64,000 nucleotides of DNA from NCBI GenBank assembly GCA_051294375.1, contig CM119270.1, positions 6,514,503-6,578,502 of the forward strand. The letters are read 5' to 3'. Both the position numbers and the translations under genes were made by a program. The notes under the pieces were generated by a model, which was not told the origin of the DNA, did no database searches, and saw only the letters and a program-made list of their open reading frames with translations. Below are positions 51,260 through 64,000 of this stretch, one piece after another. Every line of letters begins with the position of its first letter. Within the stretch, counting starts at the first letter, position 1. The stretch is from Paraspadella gotoi (taxonomy: Eukaryota; Animalia; Chaetognatha).

Positions 51260-52760
51260 NNNNNNNNNNNNNNNNNNNNNNNNNTGTTTAAAAGTTTTTT
51301 TAATCTAAGAAAGAAGCATGATGTATCTTGTCTGAAAATTGTTGGCAGAGGAGAGAGAGAGGAGACGAGAGAGCAGTAGAGGAGAGAGAGAGAGAGAGAG
51401 GAGAGAGGAAGGGCGAGAGAGAGGAGAGAGGAGGAGAGGAGGCGAAGAGAGAGAGAGAGACCTTGAATTTAAAGTGAAAGGGCGTTTTTCCACGAAGTAC
51501 GGAGTGGGGCGAGAGACGTCCGACCGGGTCACCTTGCGAATTTAATAAAAAGATAGATTTAATTTTTTAATAAATAAATATAATAAACAAACAAACATTG
51601 TAAAAAGTTGTATTGTAATATAACGCTTTATCTAACGTTTTAAAGCTCTACCGAGAATTCTATTAACAAAAAATACTTCTCTAGCAGTCCAACTTTAAAC
51701 CAATTATTGATTTTTGAGAGAACTTAACTACGTTTCTCAAAACCTGTTCCGGCCGCCTACTATAGATACAGCTATATAACGACGATATTTATTACAGGAC
51801 GGCGACAAAAACGAAACAAACATCCACAGCAATGAGCGAATTATGTCGATTGAAAAACTCACTACTTTAAACCGACCCTGGGTCACTTATTTGACCCAAC
51901 AACTGACCTCGATTCTTTTATTTATTGTTTTGTGAATTATTTTCATTTGTTTATGTTTCTTTGTTTTTATTTTCCGTTGATGATTTGTCTCGAATTCATT
52001 TTACTCTCATTTATAAAATACGTGAAACTCGTGTCTCAAATATTTTTATAACCACACCTATTTCGCGCGAAGTTTAATCTTACACACTCCACCGTCCAAT
52101 GTATCGGCGGAATCGCTGAGCAAAACTCTCTACCCCATTGTCCGTTACCCTTCCTTCACACCACCCCCCTCACCCTCTTCGACCCACCGGCAGGGACAAA
52201 GGCCCCGACCGTACTTCGCACGGCCCACCTTCTCTCTCGACGACGGTGTGGGATTATCACAACTCCTGTGTCAGGGATACATGAAGCTCGCTCAACGCTC
52301 TCTTTACTCGGCCGACATCGAAAGGAACGGTGAGTCCGTCTGTCTCTCTTTGTATCGAAGTCGACGTTGTGATGTTGTCCAGACTTTGTGATGTTGGTAT
52401 GAACTTGTGAGTATTTTGAGGTTTCTCGTGTGAGACGGTCATTTATTTTTTTCTTTTTGCCAAGTGACTCTCGCTTCTCTCTCTCTCTTCTCTCCTCTCT
52501 TCTCTTCTCTCTGCTCTCTCTCTCTCTCTGCTCTCTCTCTCTCATCTCCTCTCTTCTTCTCTCTCTCTCTCCCTCTCCTTCTTCACATTTGCCTCATCTT
52601 TCCCTTTTGCTTTCGATAACAGAATCCATTGTTCCGCCTTTTTTTTTTCCGTTTTTGATGATCTTCTGTTCCGTTATGATAGCCCACGGAAGATAACAGT
52701 CGTCAATGCGCTCTCCTCTCTCTCTCTCTCTCCTCTCTCTCTTCTCTCTCATCTCTCTTA

Positions 52761-52796
<36 letters not shown>

Positions 52797-52827
52797 TCTC
52801 TCTCTCCCTCTGCCTCGTGCCTTCACA

Positions 52828-53430
52828 TTACAATGTGAGAATTCTTTTCTCTCTTCTTCTCATTCCCCCTATTTTTTTCTTTCATCTTCGCCTGTGAGAT
52901 ACGACGATAAAAAAGCATAATCAAATGAATCCTTCCGGGGATTTTCCCAGACGACGCGTCGTTTCCTCCTCTTCATTAGCGTCATTTGTCGATCTTTTTC
53001 TTCGTGGTTGTTACATCGTTGTCGTCATTAGTCATTGTCGTTTGTTTTATTTCTTTTTTTTCTTTTTTTTCGTTTTGGAATTTAGATAAGCAACTTGGAT
53101 TGTTTATAAATTCCCCCACATATAAAATATTTAATCTCTCTCTTTTCCCTTCACCATTGACAATTGAGAATTCTTTTCTCTCTTCTCTCATTCCCCCTAT
53201 TTTTTTCTTTCATCTTCGCCGTGAGATACGAAAAAGATATCAACATGAATCCTTCGGGGATTTTCCCAACGACGTCGTCTTCCTCCTCTTCATTAGCGTC
53301 TTTGTCATCTTTTTCTTCGTGGTTGTCATCGTTGTCGTCATTGTCATTGTCGTTGTTATTTCTTTTTTTCTTTTTTTTTCGTTTTGGATTTTAAGCAATT
53401 GATTTTTATAAAGTCCCCACATAAAAATAT
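52828..53430. repeat. Tandem direct duplication of about 330 bp
   Basis: GAGAATTCTTTTCTCTCTTC...CCCCACATA at about 52836-53125 and 53166-53425; the first copy is noisier. Confidence 0.8.
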
Positions 53431-56295
53431 TTTCAACCCTTGATTTAAACTTTTTCAACCTACGATTCTAAACTTTCTTATTTTCTTCGTCTTTCGATCT
53501 TCAGCCCGAGTGCCTTACCATTCTCTTCTCTTTCCTCACCCATCTACCCTCCTCCACTTCCTCCTCTCTCTCCTTACCTTTCCGTCTTCCGTTCTTACCT
53601 TTTTTCTTCCTTACCCTCCTTATTCTTTTCGCTTGTCTCCCGCGGGCGAATTCATCCCGTAATCAATTACCAGGCGTCGACAGGCGTCGACAGGCGTCGA
53701 GGCGACAATTATTCCTAATCTCCTCTCCCTTTTTCCCCCGATCGTCTTACCCGATGTTTACGATACAAACCTTACCCTAGCTTTGGTTTTTGCCATACCC
53801 AAATAAATTACACCACCCCTATTGGTCGCTTTCTCGATATTTGATTTGTATCCATTTATAACGAATATTACAGCTAAAACCCCCAGCATTAAACCCTTAC
53901 CCGTTTCAAGAAAGTACTCTCACCCTTCGGACCTACCCGTCTTCCCTTACCCACTCCCACTCGCGAGGGAAACCAATCAGCGTTCTGCATTGAGGCGCAA
54001 CAACTCTGATATGGAGAGAGACGGCGACGAGAACAGTGACTGAGACCGGAGAGAGAGACGAGACCAGAGAACGAGAGAGAGAGAAATCGGAGTGAGGATG
54101 AGAGAAGAGAGAGAGAGAGATGAGAGAGAGAGGCCGGAGGGGGGAGAGAGAGGATTCGAGAGACGACGGAGGATAAACTAGGAGGAAGCAATGGATATTG
54201 AAAAAACAATATTGCGGAATTCCCCCGAGTTCATGTTGTTTGTGCNNNNNNNNNNNNNNNNNNNNNNNNNTCCTAATTTTTCAGATTTTATTGACAAACC
54301 TGCATATCTTTAAGGAGAATATGTCTTTAATTGGTTTTTACAAGCATTTTAAGGATCCAAATGAAGATTGCTTGAACCAAAAGTCAATTATTAACATTTG
54401 AAACCTTTTCGTAAATGCATACAACACCGTCAAACTTTTTTTCAATAAGTCGGATTCTACAAAGTTCATCAGAATTGACTTAGTAGTAGTTGGTGAACCA
54501 ACAATTCTCTAATTTGGCTTTGCTCAAATATCAGATTATAATATTAATCATGATAATATTTTAATAACTTAACCTCCTTTTAACTAGTAGTATTAAACTG
54601 GATTCAAAACGAACGTACTTTAATTTAAGTCTTTTCTCCTCTGTGTGCGAAAAGGAAAAAAAATTCAAAAAATCTCAAATAAATCGTTTTTTGCAAACTC
54701 ATCTCATTTATCTGTGAGTGAGAATCGACAAAAGCGCCTCTGCCGCTCGGTGAGAGAATCGCAGTAGGAACAAAAGTCTAACGAATCTTTTTTTTTTCNN
54801 NNNNNNNNNNNNNNNNNNNNNNNNNNNNNNNNNNNNNNNNNNNNNNNNNNNNNNNNNNNNNNNNNNNNNNNNNNNNNNNNNNNNNNNNNNNNNNNNNNNN
54901 NNNNNNNNNNNNNNNNNNNNNNNNNNNNNNNNNNNNNNNNNNNNNNNNNNNNNNNNNNNNNNNNNNNNNNNNNNNNNNNNNNNNNNNNNNNNNNNNNNNN
55001 NNNNNNNNNNNNNNNNNNNNNNNNNNNNNNNNNNNNNNNNNNNNNNNNNNNNNNNNNNNNNNNNNNNNNNNNNNNNNNNNNNNNNNNNNNNNNNNNNNNN
55101 NNNNNNNNNNNNNNNNNNNNNNNNNNNNNNNGCTCTTTCCCTGGACTTTTACTCCGCTCCTTCCCTCAACTTTTCAAGCTTTGCCTCATTTTCGTCACTC
55201 GCCTCGAATTTAGCAGAGGGTACGAAGTAGAACGCAGCAAGCAAACTATTGACTTTGCAGCACGCTCAACGCGCGGTAGCCGCAGTTCGCGTGTGCGTGT
55301 TAAGCATTAAGAAAAAAAATTTGCCGAGTAAGAAATTCGCGAGGAGAAAAGCGCAGCTCAAGGATAAAAATTTTACGAATTAAGTAATTAGCATCGCTTC
55401 TCCTCCGCTCCTTCTCATTCGCCGGTGGCGATGATGATGCCGGAGCCAGTGCCGCCGACGCTGCCGACGCTGCCGACGCCGACGCCGAAAGTTGGCAGCC
55501 TGAGCTGATTCGGTTTGGGCGTGGCATCGTCGACGTAAGGTTGGCAGTTCCAGTTCCGATCAAAGAAACGAATGTAATAAAAACGCAAACAAAAGCTAAA
55601 CGTCAAAAGTTTGTTTTTTTTAATTTAAACAATACGCTAACCTATTTTAGTCTTAAGAAAAAAACAAAACAAAACAAAGAGCAGAAACCACGACGTCTTC
55701 GACGACCGCTAGAGGGACGTCGCCGTTTTGTCTCTTCGAGAGCTCGCGTCGGTTTTTCGGGACCGGAAGTTAAATCGGGCGAAATCACGCGCGTCGCTTT
55801 TGATGGGAGGCGCGTGCGAGAAATGAAGAAAAAGAAAAGAAAAAAAAAGAAGAAAGGAAAGAGGAAGGAAAGAAAAAATATTTAAAGGAAAAGGGGAGGA
55901 AAGGAAAAGAATGGAAAGGGAAGGAAATAAGTTAGGATGAAGAGAAAAAGAAATGAAAAAGAAAAAAGGAAGAGAGACAAAAAAAAAGAGTTTAACGGAA
56001 ATGTCACATAAAGAAAAAAATAAAAATAAAGGAAAGGAATAAGAAGAAAAAAAGAATGGAAAAGAAAAGTAAGTAAAGAAAACAGAAAGAAAGAAGTGTG
56101 AGTAAAGAAGAAAATTAAAAGGTGAAAAAAAAGAAAGTATAACGGTTTGTAAGGGGAAAAAAAGAAAATTGAAAAAGGAAAAAGTACGACGCGTTAAAAA
56201 CCGAAAAGGGGAAAAGAAAAAAAAATATCGTTTCCCTTCTTCGCCGCTCATTAGCATTTTAATTCCATTAGCGAGAAACACACACACACGGTCGG

Positions 56296-56331
<36 letters not shown>

Positions 56332-58134
56332 NNNNNNNNNNNNNNNNNNNNNNNNNNNNNNNNNNNNNNNNNNNNNNNNNNNNNNNNNNNNNNNNNNNNN
56401 NNNNNNNNNNNNNNNNNNNNNNNNNNNNNNNNNNNNNNNNNNNNNNNNNNNNNNNNNNNNNNNNNNNNNNNNNNNNNNNNNNNNNNNNNNNNNNNNNNNN
56501 NNNNNNNNNNNNNNNNNNNNNNNNNNNNNNNNNNNNNNNNNNNNNNNNNNNNNNNNNNTCTTCAGATTTAAAATTAAAAAAATCTTTTCTCTTTCCTCCA
56601 CTTCTTCAATTCTTTCATTTCATTAGAATCTATAATCTTCCACTTCTCTCTCTCCTCTCTTCTCTCTCTCTTCTCTACTCGTCTGCTCTCTCTCTCTCTG
56701 CTCTCTCTCTCTCTCTCTCTCTTTTTTGTCAAGTTTTTCCTATGAAATTTGGTACCAACCCATATAAAAATTATCCATTCATTTAATAAACTAAGCTTCT
56801 TTCCCTGACTTTAGGACTAGGGCTTTGGTGAGATGCGGTTTAAGGCCTCCATCCACACTTACAAGATAATAACATAGCAGGTTTACATATGTCGTTATTA
56901 TTCTATATTTTTTTTGGGGGTTTTTTTTTCCTTTCGGATTTTTTTAAGGTATTTTTTTTTGTGTTTCATTCTTTTTAAGATTCTTTTATTTCTTCTCTTT
57001 TTCTTTCAATTCTCTTTACTTTTTTTTTTCAGTTTCCTCTGGAAACCTACCTTTTTTCTTTCCTTAATCTCGGTCATCCATTTTATTTCCTCATCATTCC
57101 ACGCGATTTTCGTCGAGTCATAAAAAGCCTCGATGCCGAATATTTTCGTAAGTCGCTCAAAGAACTCGGCGTCATTCAACATTTTCCTCCACCCGGATAT
57201 GTGAAAAAGGATCACTGAGGTCACTGGACTTGGTTCAGCGTCGTTCCAAGATGTTACAGAGGTTGTTGTTCGCATTTAAGGCCGCGACTTTCGTCATCGC
57301 TAATCTCATTATTCGACAGAGTTTTCCTCATCGTCGTGATCGTCGTATCGGCGATTCGCGTCGTCGTCGTCGTCTTACATAGCGCGTCGTCGTCGTCGTC
57401 GTCGCTTGACTTGTGTTATAATCATCGCTTTATGTCGTCGCGCGTTTCCTCCATAACCGAGACTCAAAATTCAAATTGTTTCAGTCAGTTTTTTTCCCTT
57501 TCTTTTTTTTCTTTCCTCTTTTCCGCTTTTTTTTTTAAACCAGATTTGGCTGAGATTTTTTTTGGTTTTTAAAGAGAATTTATGGCGAAGAAAGGAAAGA
57601 AAGAAACTGACTTGTTTTCTCTTTCATTCGTTTAAAATCGTTATAACACGCAAACCAAAATAGTTTGAAATTAAATTAAAAGAAACCAATAGCCGACAGT
57701 TAATTTTATTTCAAATGTAACTACGTGTAACATACCACGGTTCTCAACTAAGTCATTTATTTAAAGTCGTGTGAACAGAGTCCATAGTTACTAAAGGGTT
57801 TTTTTTCCACATAAATTTGGCGCCAATAAAAAGAACAATTCTGAAAAAAAATTTACACGCGAAAAGTTTTTTGAATTTTTTAAAAATTTTTGCCTTTTTT
57901 TAAATTTTTTTATTACATCTTCTCTCCTTTCCTTTTTCTCTTTCTTCTTTACTTTTTTCTTTCATTTTTTTTCTCTCTTTCTTTCTTTCTTTTCCCCCAA
58001 AAAACTAGAGACATATGGGAGTGATTTAGTGGAAATTTGGGCCGCCAATATTTCGCCGCCTTCCTCCCCCTCGGTTCGTTTTGTTTCCCATTTCTTTGGT
58101 TCTTCTCTGTCTCTCTCTCTCCTCTCTCTCTCTC

Positions 58135-58187
<53 letters not shown>

Positions 58188-59882
58188 CTCTCTCAGCCCA
58201 CTCTTCCCTCATTTACCCTGTAAAGCCTGTCCAAAGTCTCCCGAGGTTCAACACAAACAGCTGCGACCTTCCCTCCTAATTTTCTCTTTTATTTTCCTAT
58301 TTTTCTTTTCTTCATTTAGTTTCTAAAGTTATTGCTAACGTCTGGTCTTTTTTGTTGTGTGGATGCTAGTTTGGACGTTGGTTGGTGTCGCCTTCGCGTT
58401 CCCCTCCAACCTCGTCTTTTCTCTTTCTCCTCTGTTTGATTCTGGCCTTTATATCCTCGTCCCTCTTGTGCGACAAATTTTTTCGTAGTGCGGAAATAAT
58501 GGATAGAAAAAAAACTAGACTAATCATGCATATACATAATATACGTTTTTTTGGGCAATTTTTTACAGTTAAATAAGTTTTGTAAATTGATAAGTCGGAT
58601 CTTTGTCTCGGCTCCACCGCTCGAACTATTAATGTCTTTTCCCACATCTTTCTATCACATGCCTGTCATGGTCCGCTTTCTTTCCTTCCCTTACTCTTCT
58701 GGTCAGAAAGAGAAATTTGAGAATAGAAAAGATGGAAAGAGAGGACAGTTCTATCTCTCTTCCATTATTTTGAATCCCTCTTACGTAATCTTATCTCTTC
58801 CCTCTTGTTTTCTTTCTCTTTCTCTCTTTTCTCACTTTCTCACTCTCTCTCACTCTCTCACTCTCTCACTCTCTCTCTTCTCTCTCTCTCTCTCTCTCTC
58901 TCACTTACTCTCCTCTTTTTATTAGGCTCTCCCTCTTCCCTCTCTATTCTCTTTCATTGTTTCTATATCTCCATTCCTTCCTTTTCTTTCTCCTCCCTCC
59001 CCTACATGTTTCTTTACCACCCTCTCTCCCTCCCTTCTCCCTTCCTTTTCCCACTCCCTCTCTCCGCCCACGCTTCCTGTTTCTTTTTTCCATAGAGAAC
59101 GGAAGATGGTTGATTTCCATCCAGTTAAAAAGGATCCGGCTCGATTCAGAAGCGTACTCAAGAGCTAGAGGCACGAGGGGGGGAGAGAGGAAGAGGGAGG
59201 GGAGATGATTGAAATTATGAGCGTAGGAGTCCTATCGAGGAAAAGGAGGAAGAAAGAGGCGAAGTTCGCGAGTGGGTTGGGAAAAGACGAAAGAAAGGGA
59301 AGGCGCGTATTTCCTAAATTCACGAGTTTCAATGAGCCCAGAACAAATCACCTGACATAACCGAATGTGCCCATAAACTAGTGTGCGAACGGCGCCAGTT
59401 TGAGAAAGCCACATGCCTATGTTCCCTTGCCGCATATGCGCCAATTTTGGCGTTTACCGATTTTTAAGCCGCCAATATGCCAAAGTAGCATTTGCCAATT
59501 AAGCGCCTCATGCACCCAAATGCGGCATTGACCACTAAAGCGCATAACGGTGCCAATAAAACACCAACGGCATAATTGACGACTTTTAGCTGCCAATGTA
59601 CCAATGCAGGCATTTACCAATTCAAGTGCCAAAGGCAATGTGGCATTGACGACTTAAGCACGCCAAGTGCCATGGCGCGAAGCCAGGTCGGGGGAGTGGT
59701 GGTCGTGAGGGTGATACGTCCGAGGGAACTGGCTCGCTGATCGCTAGGGAAGGGGGGGGAGAGCGAGGCCCGCGAATGCTAACGGTTCGGAAAACGGCGA
59801 GGCGTGGCGCCACAGGGGGTCTTTAAAGAAGTACAGCTTCGGAAAGATAGTGAGGGAGAGAGAGAGAGATGAGAGAGAGAAT

Positions 59883-59924
<42 letters not shown>

Positions 59925-61772
59925 AGAGACGAGAGAGTTGACGAGATAGGAGGAGAGAGAGATGGAGATGAGAGAGAGAGAGATAAGATGGTTGCTAAGA
60001 AATGTGTATTTTTAAGCGTTCCCATGAGGCTTTCTAAAGATTTCTTTGGAACATGCGTTGCCACTTATTTTTTTTCTTTCAAAATAGCAACTATTTATAT
60101 CAACGCCTCGAAAGAACATTTTCTATTTTGAGGCAGCTCGATCGCAATGTACTCGATGGCCCACCAAGATTGATTTTCTTTTGATGATGCCGCTTCGATT
60201 CACGCCTGATTTGGTATTTTTAATCGGCGCGTACGCATCAATTCTGTCTTCGTGCACGTTATGATATTTTGCCGGAATTTTTTATTTTTATTTCCCACGG
60301 TAGACAATCAGGCGAGGGCGATTTTACGGCGCTTGAACCAATTTTCTATTGGTTGTACCTGGCCGATTTTATTTCGATGGCATTTCTTGCAAAATCGATT
60401 ATGTTCATCTACTGAAAAAAAATCTATTTTGATGGTCCGAGAATGATTCGTTTCGTAAGACACTGGAGCAATTATTTTGGTTAGCGCAAGAGAAATTTCA
60501 ATGTGAATTAAGGATATTCCAGATGATGGCACTAAATAATTATATTTAATATACCGCAGCGATATATTTTCGATGGCACCGAGAGATTCTATATCTGTAT
60601 AGCAGGAGCTGAATTTGATTTTGATGCCACTGGAAGCTATTTTTTTTTTCTGGTTTGCTCCTCACTTGATGATTTCTATTTTCAAACCTCGCGATGTTTA
60701 CATAGTTTTGACGCGAAAGTTGGAAGCAAGAGACGAGAATCGGCGCCACCGTTGAGGAATTCTTCGGGGTATTGCGTTTGGCTGGACGGAAAATGTTAAG
60801 AGGCGTTTTATATGAATTACTATGGATAGTTACTTTAATTCAATTATTTTCTCTATTAATTGTTTAGAAAAAATTAAAAGACCAACTCAAGATTATTACT
60901 ACTTCAATTAAACATTAAGGGTAAATTCTTTTAAATTATGAAAAAAAAAAATGGAAGATTGAAAGCAAAAGACGCATCCTTAATTTAATCTTTATATAAT
61001 ATTTTGGCGAATATTGCCTGGCCATGACCCGTCATACACCTTATATTTAATTTTAACTTTTAGCAATTTTAAGTTTAGCCAAGCCATTCCTCTCACATAT
61101 CTATCTCCTCTTTTTAAAACCTCGACAATGGCTTCACATTTGTCCTAACATTTAAAACGGTCAATCCTTCGATCCCAGTTTAAGAAAATACCCTCAACCC
61201 TCTAACTTCTTCTCCCTCCACTTCACCCAATTCTCTCGCCTTGGTTAAGGTCTGCCTCGCCCCACTTCTTTTCCTTTCGCTCTTTTTCGCCGCCAAAAGC
61301 GACTCACCTTCATTTTTTTATCATAAAAAACTCGAGAAAAAACTCTCGACTGAAAAAAAAAAAAAAAAGTTTTAGCCGGCGGGTCTTGCAGCGCGGCTCG
61401 GCCGGCGTGGCGCGGCTGTAAGCCGGCACAGAGCGGCGACTTTGATCCGCGCCTTAAAGATTTTCTTTTTTTTTTTTAAAGAAAGAGAGCAGAGAGAGAA
61501 AATGGAAATTTTTTTTGAGTTTCTAAAATTCGTCGGCGTCGGACACTTTTTATCTTTTTTTATGCTTCATGAACTTACAATTTTGAGGCCAAAAACGTTC
61601 TTGCCGACATTTGAAAGGCCGTTTTCATTTTGGAACTCTTGCGGAAAAATATGCGGATTTAGAAAAAAAAACAACTTTTTTTCTCCAAAAAGCTCTCAGG
61701 AAAGAAAAAAAAAGAAAAAAAAACCTGACGTAAACCTGATACCTTACCATGGGGGATGTTTCTACTCTCTCT

Positions 61773-61821
<49 letters not shown>

Positions 61822-61882
61822 CCTCTCTTCTCTCTCTCTCTCTCTCTCTCTCTGCTCTCTCTTTCTCTCTCTCTCTCCTCTC

Positions 61883-61913
<31 letters not shown>

Positions 61914-62240
61914 TTCGCCCTTTATTTCACGGCGATTACCATTTTGTTGACCCAAGCCGGAAAAATCCTCTCGGAGAAGAGAAAATTCCTCTCCATTTGT
62001 TTTGGGCTTTCTTGGAAAACTGCATTTGAACGGGAAAAGATCTCCACTGGGGAATGAATGTTGTTTTTGAACGAATGAAGGGTAAGAGAGAGAAAGAGAG
62101 GGAGGGCTAGTATTCGAACAATCTGCTGTAATAATTTACTATTTAAAAAAAAGAATGAAGGATCAATCAATAAATTTTGCCTTGCTGTCATTTTCGGAAC
62201 AAAGTATTGGATGGATGGGATAAATAAAAAAAATGGTAAA

Positions 62241-62343
62241 GTATTTTAGGAGAAAACCAGTTTGATAGTCAAACACACGATTTTATTGACAAATCGTGCT
62301 TTGACTTATCAAACTGTTTTTCCATAAAAAATTCCTAAAACAC
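62241..62343. other. Imperfect inverted repeat / hairpin
   Basis: AAAACCAGTTTGATAGTCAAACACACGATTT - loop TATTGAC - AAATCGTGCTTTGACTTATCAAACTGTTTT, with an outer TTTTAGGA/TCCTAAAA pair. Confidence 0.75.
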
Positions 62344-63353
62344 AACGAAACGAAAGTAAAATCAATACAATGTCTACTAATTACTACGAATTTTAAATCT
62401 GTTTCGGTCAATTTATTTGATGACATTTAATATTGAACCTTTTAATAAATAAAAGTATTTTTGGTTTAAAAATATTTCGATCCACCCCACAACGTAAATT
62501 TTGCCACCAAAAATACGTTATTTTTTACCAAAAAAAAAAATGTGTTGATTTATTGGCATTTTTATGTTGAGTGTGTACCAATTCTATGGAAATTTAGGAG
62601 AGTAGCGAAAAATGAAGCTATTCCGTCCATTCCATTAAAATTTCCATAAAAAAGAGTCGTTATTTTATTCTAATAAATTCACTGAAATAATCGCTTCCTT
62701 TCTCTCCAACATCGCGAGTTTCGATGAACCTCGCATTCACGGACGACCATGGACCCTTATAATTTTTTTTTCCAGTTTCCATTCATTCGCTGAGAACGAC
62801 GCTTCCGAGTCGACCTGTTTTATCCGCCTGAGCAATGCGCCCCTTCTATTGTTTCACTTCCTGGCGGAAATAGATAAAAGATAACCACGCGGCTGATCAA
62901 CGTCACAGGCCTCACAGTTTTTTTTAATTATGTTTGTGTCTTCTTTTAATTCAAATTTATATATATTAGGTTATTCGGATTCTACAGCGAGTGGAAGTTA
63001 AGGTCCAGTTTTTCTTAATATTTTTACATTAAAAAAAAAAATTAAGTTTCTATGTTTCTCCCAACCACCAGTAAAATCTTCCTCGCTCTTTCTCTTTCCT
63101 GCCCCTTTCTCTCTGTCCTTTTGTGACGGGGAGATCCAAAACACGAAAGGAAGGAAAAATAAAAAAGGCGAGAGAAAAAAAGGGAAAGAAAAAAGGCGAA
63201 AGATGGAGAAGAGATGAGCGGACAACAAAGGCTGAGGACTGAAAGGTTTATGGACTGCCTCCTCAGCCCTTTAGCTGGACGGTGACAGAACAGAAGTTAA
63301 CTCTCTACTCTCTCTCTCTGCTCTCTCTCTCTCTCTCTCTCTCTCTCATCTCT

Positions 63354-63391
<38 letters not shown>

Positions 63392-64000
63392 CTCCTACCA
63401 TTCCTCCCCTTTCTTTTCTCAAGTTTAACCGAGAGGCAGTAAAAGTAGCCTAAGTAGCAAACCTTCACGTACAGGAGAGAAACATAATTGACCTTTTGCA
63501 GTTCTAAGATGTGTCTTAAACTGGGGAGGGAGATGGGGTTAACAAAAAGAGCGAGAGAGGAGAGCAGAGAGAGAGAGAGAAAAGAAGAGAGAGAGAGAGG
63601 CGAGAAGAGAGAGACGAGAGAGGAGAAGAGACGAGAGAGACGAAGAGAGTGTGAATGAAGACTAGACAGCGTTACAGAGAAGAAGGAGTCCGAACCTTTG
63701 CATGCGTACCTTTGACTTATTCAGTCTCTTCCCATTGACGTGGAATGGAGTCATATTTCAACTGGAGTTCCTTCTATTTCCTTATTTCTTTTCTTTTTTT
63801 AAAAAGGAAAGATTTAAGATTTTATATCTATCAATCTGTTCTTCTTCACAAAAAAAAGAGAAAGAGGGGGATGAGAGCCAGAGAAATAGACGGAGAGAGA
63901 GAACTAGAGAGAGAGAGAAATAGAGAGAGAGAGAAATATGAGAGAGAGAGAGAAAATACGAAGAAGAGAAGAAAGAGAGAGATGAGAGGAGAGAGAGAGA

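Noticed and set aside
55300-55606. Ala/Ser-rich exon
   Set aside because: Built on short GCCGAC repeats; no convincing splice sites or homology.
58213-58235. miR-10-like sequence (TACCCTGTA)
   Set aside because: Only the first 9 nt match and there is no complementary arm.

Overview
AT-rich eukaryotic (probably invertebrate animal) DNA from a draft assembly, dense in (AG)n, (TTTC)n, (GTC)n and (ATT)n microsatellites and N gaps. Almost all ORFs in the track are low-complexity translations of microsatellites. One protein-coding gene is well supported: a spliced minus-strand gene (37674-36839, 203 aa by my translation) encoding a probably secreted F5/8 type C (discoidin-like) domain protein. The most interesting elements are small and non-coding. 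(1) A complete 664-bp miniature LTR retrotransposon (TRIM; TG...CA LTRs, PBS, PPT, 4-bp TSD) whose LTRs each carry a tRNA-derived Pol III A/B-box module, a tRNA analogue of the 5S-bearing Cassandra elements. (2) Two LTR-like fragments ending in an over-long complement of mature tRNA-Leu including CCA. (3) Three DINE-1/HINE-like elements from two subfamilies. Several kb (about 0.5-1.9, 5.8-7.1, 21.5-28.4 and 41.8-53.4 kb) are direct or inverted duplicates with insertion-rich noise, mostly next to 25-N gaps, and are most likely long-read gap-filling artefacts. All alignments were made by eye; no searches were run.
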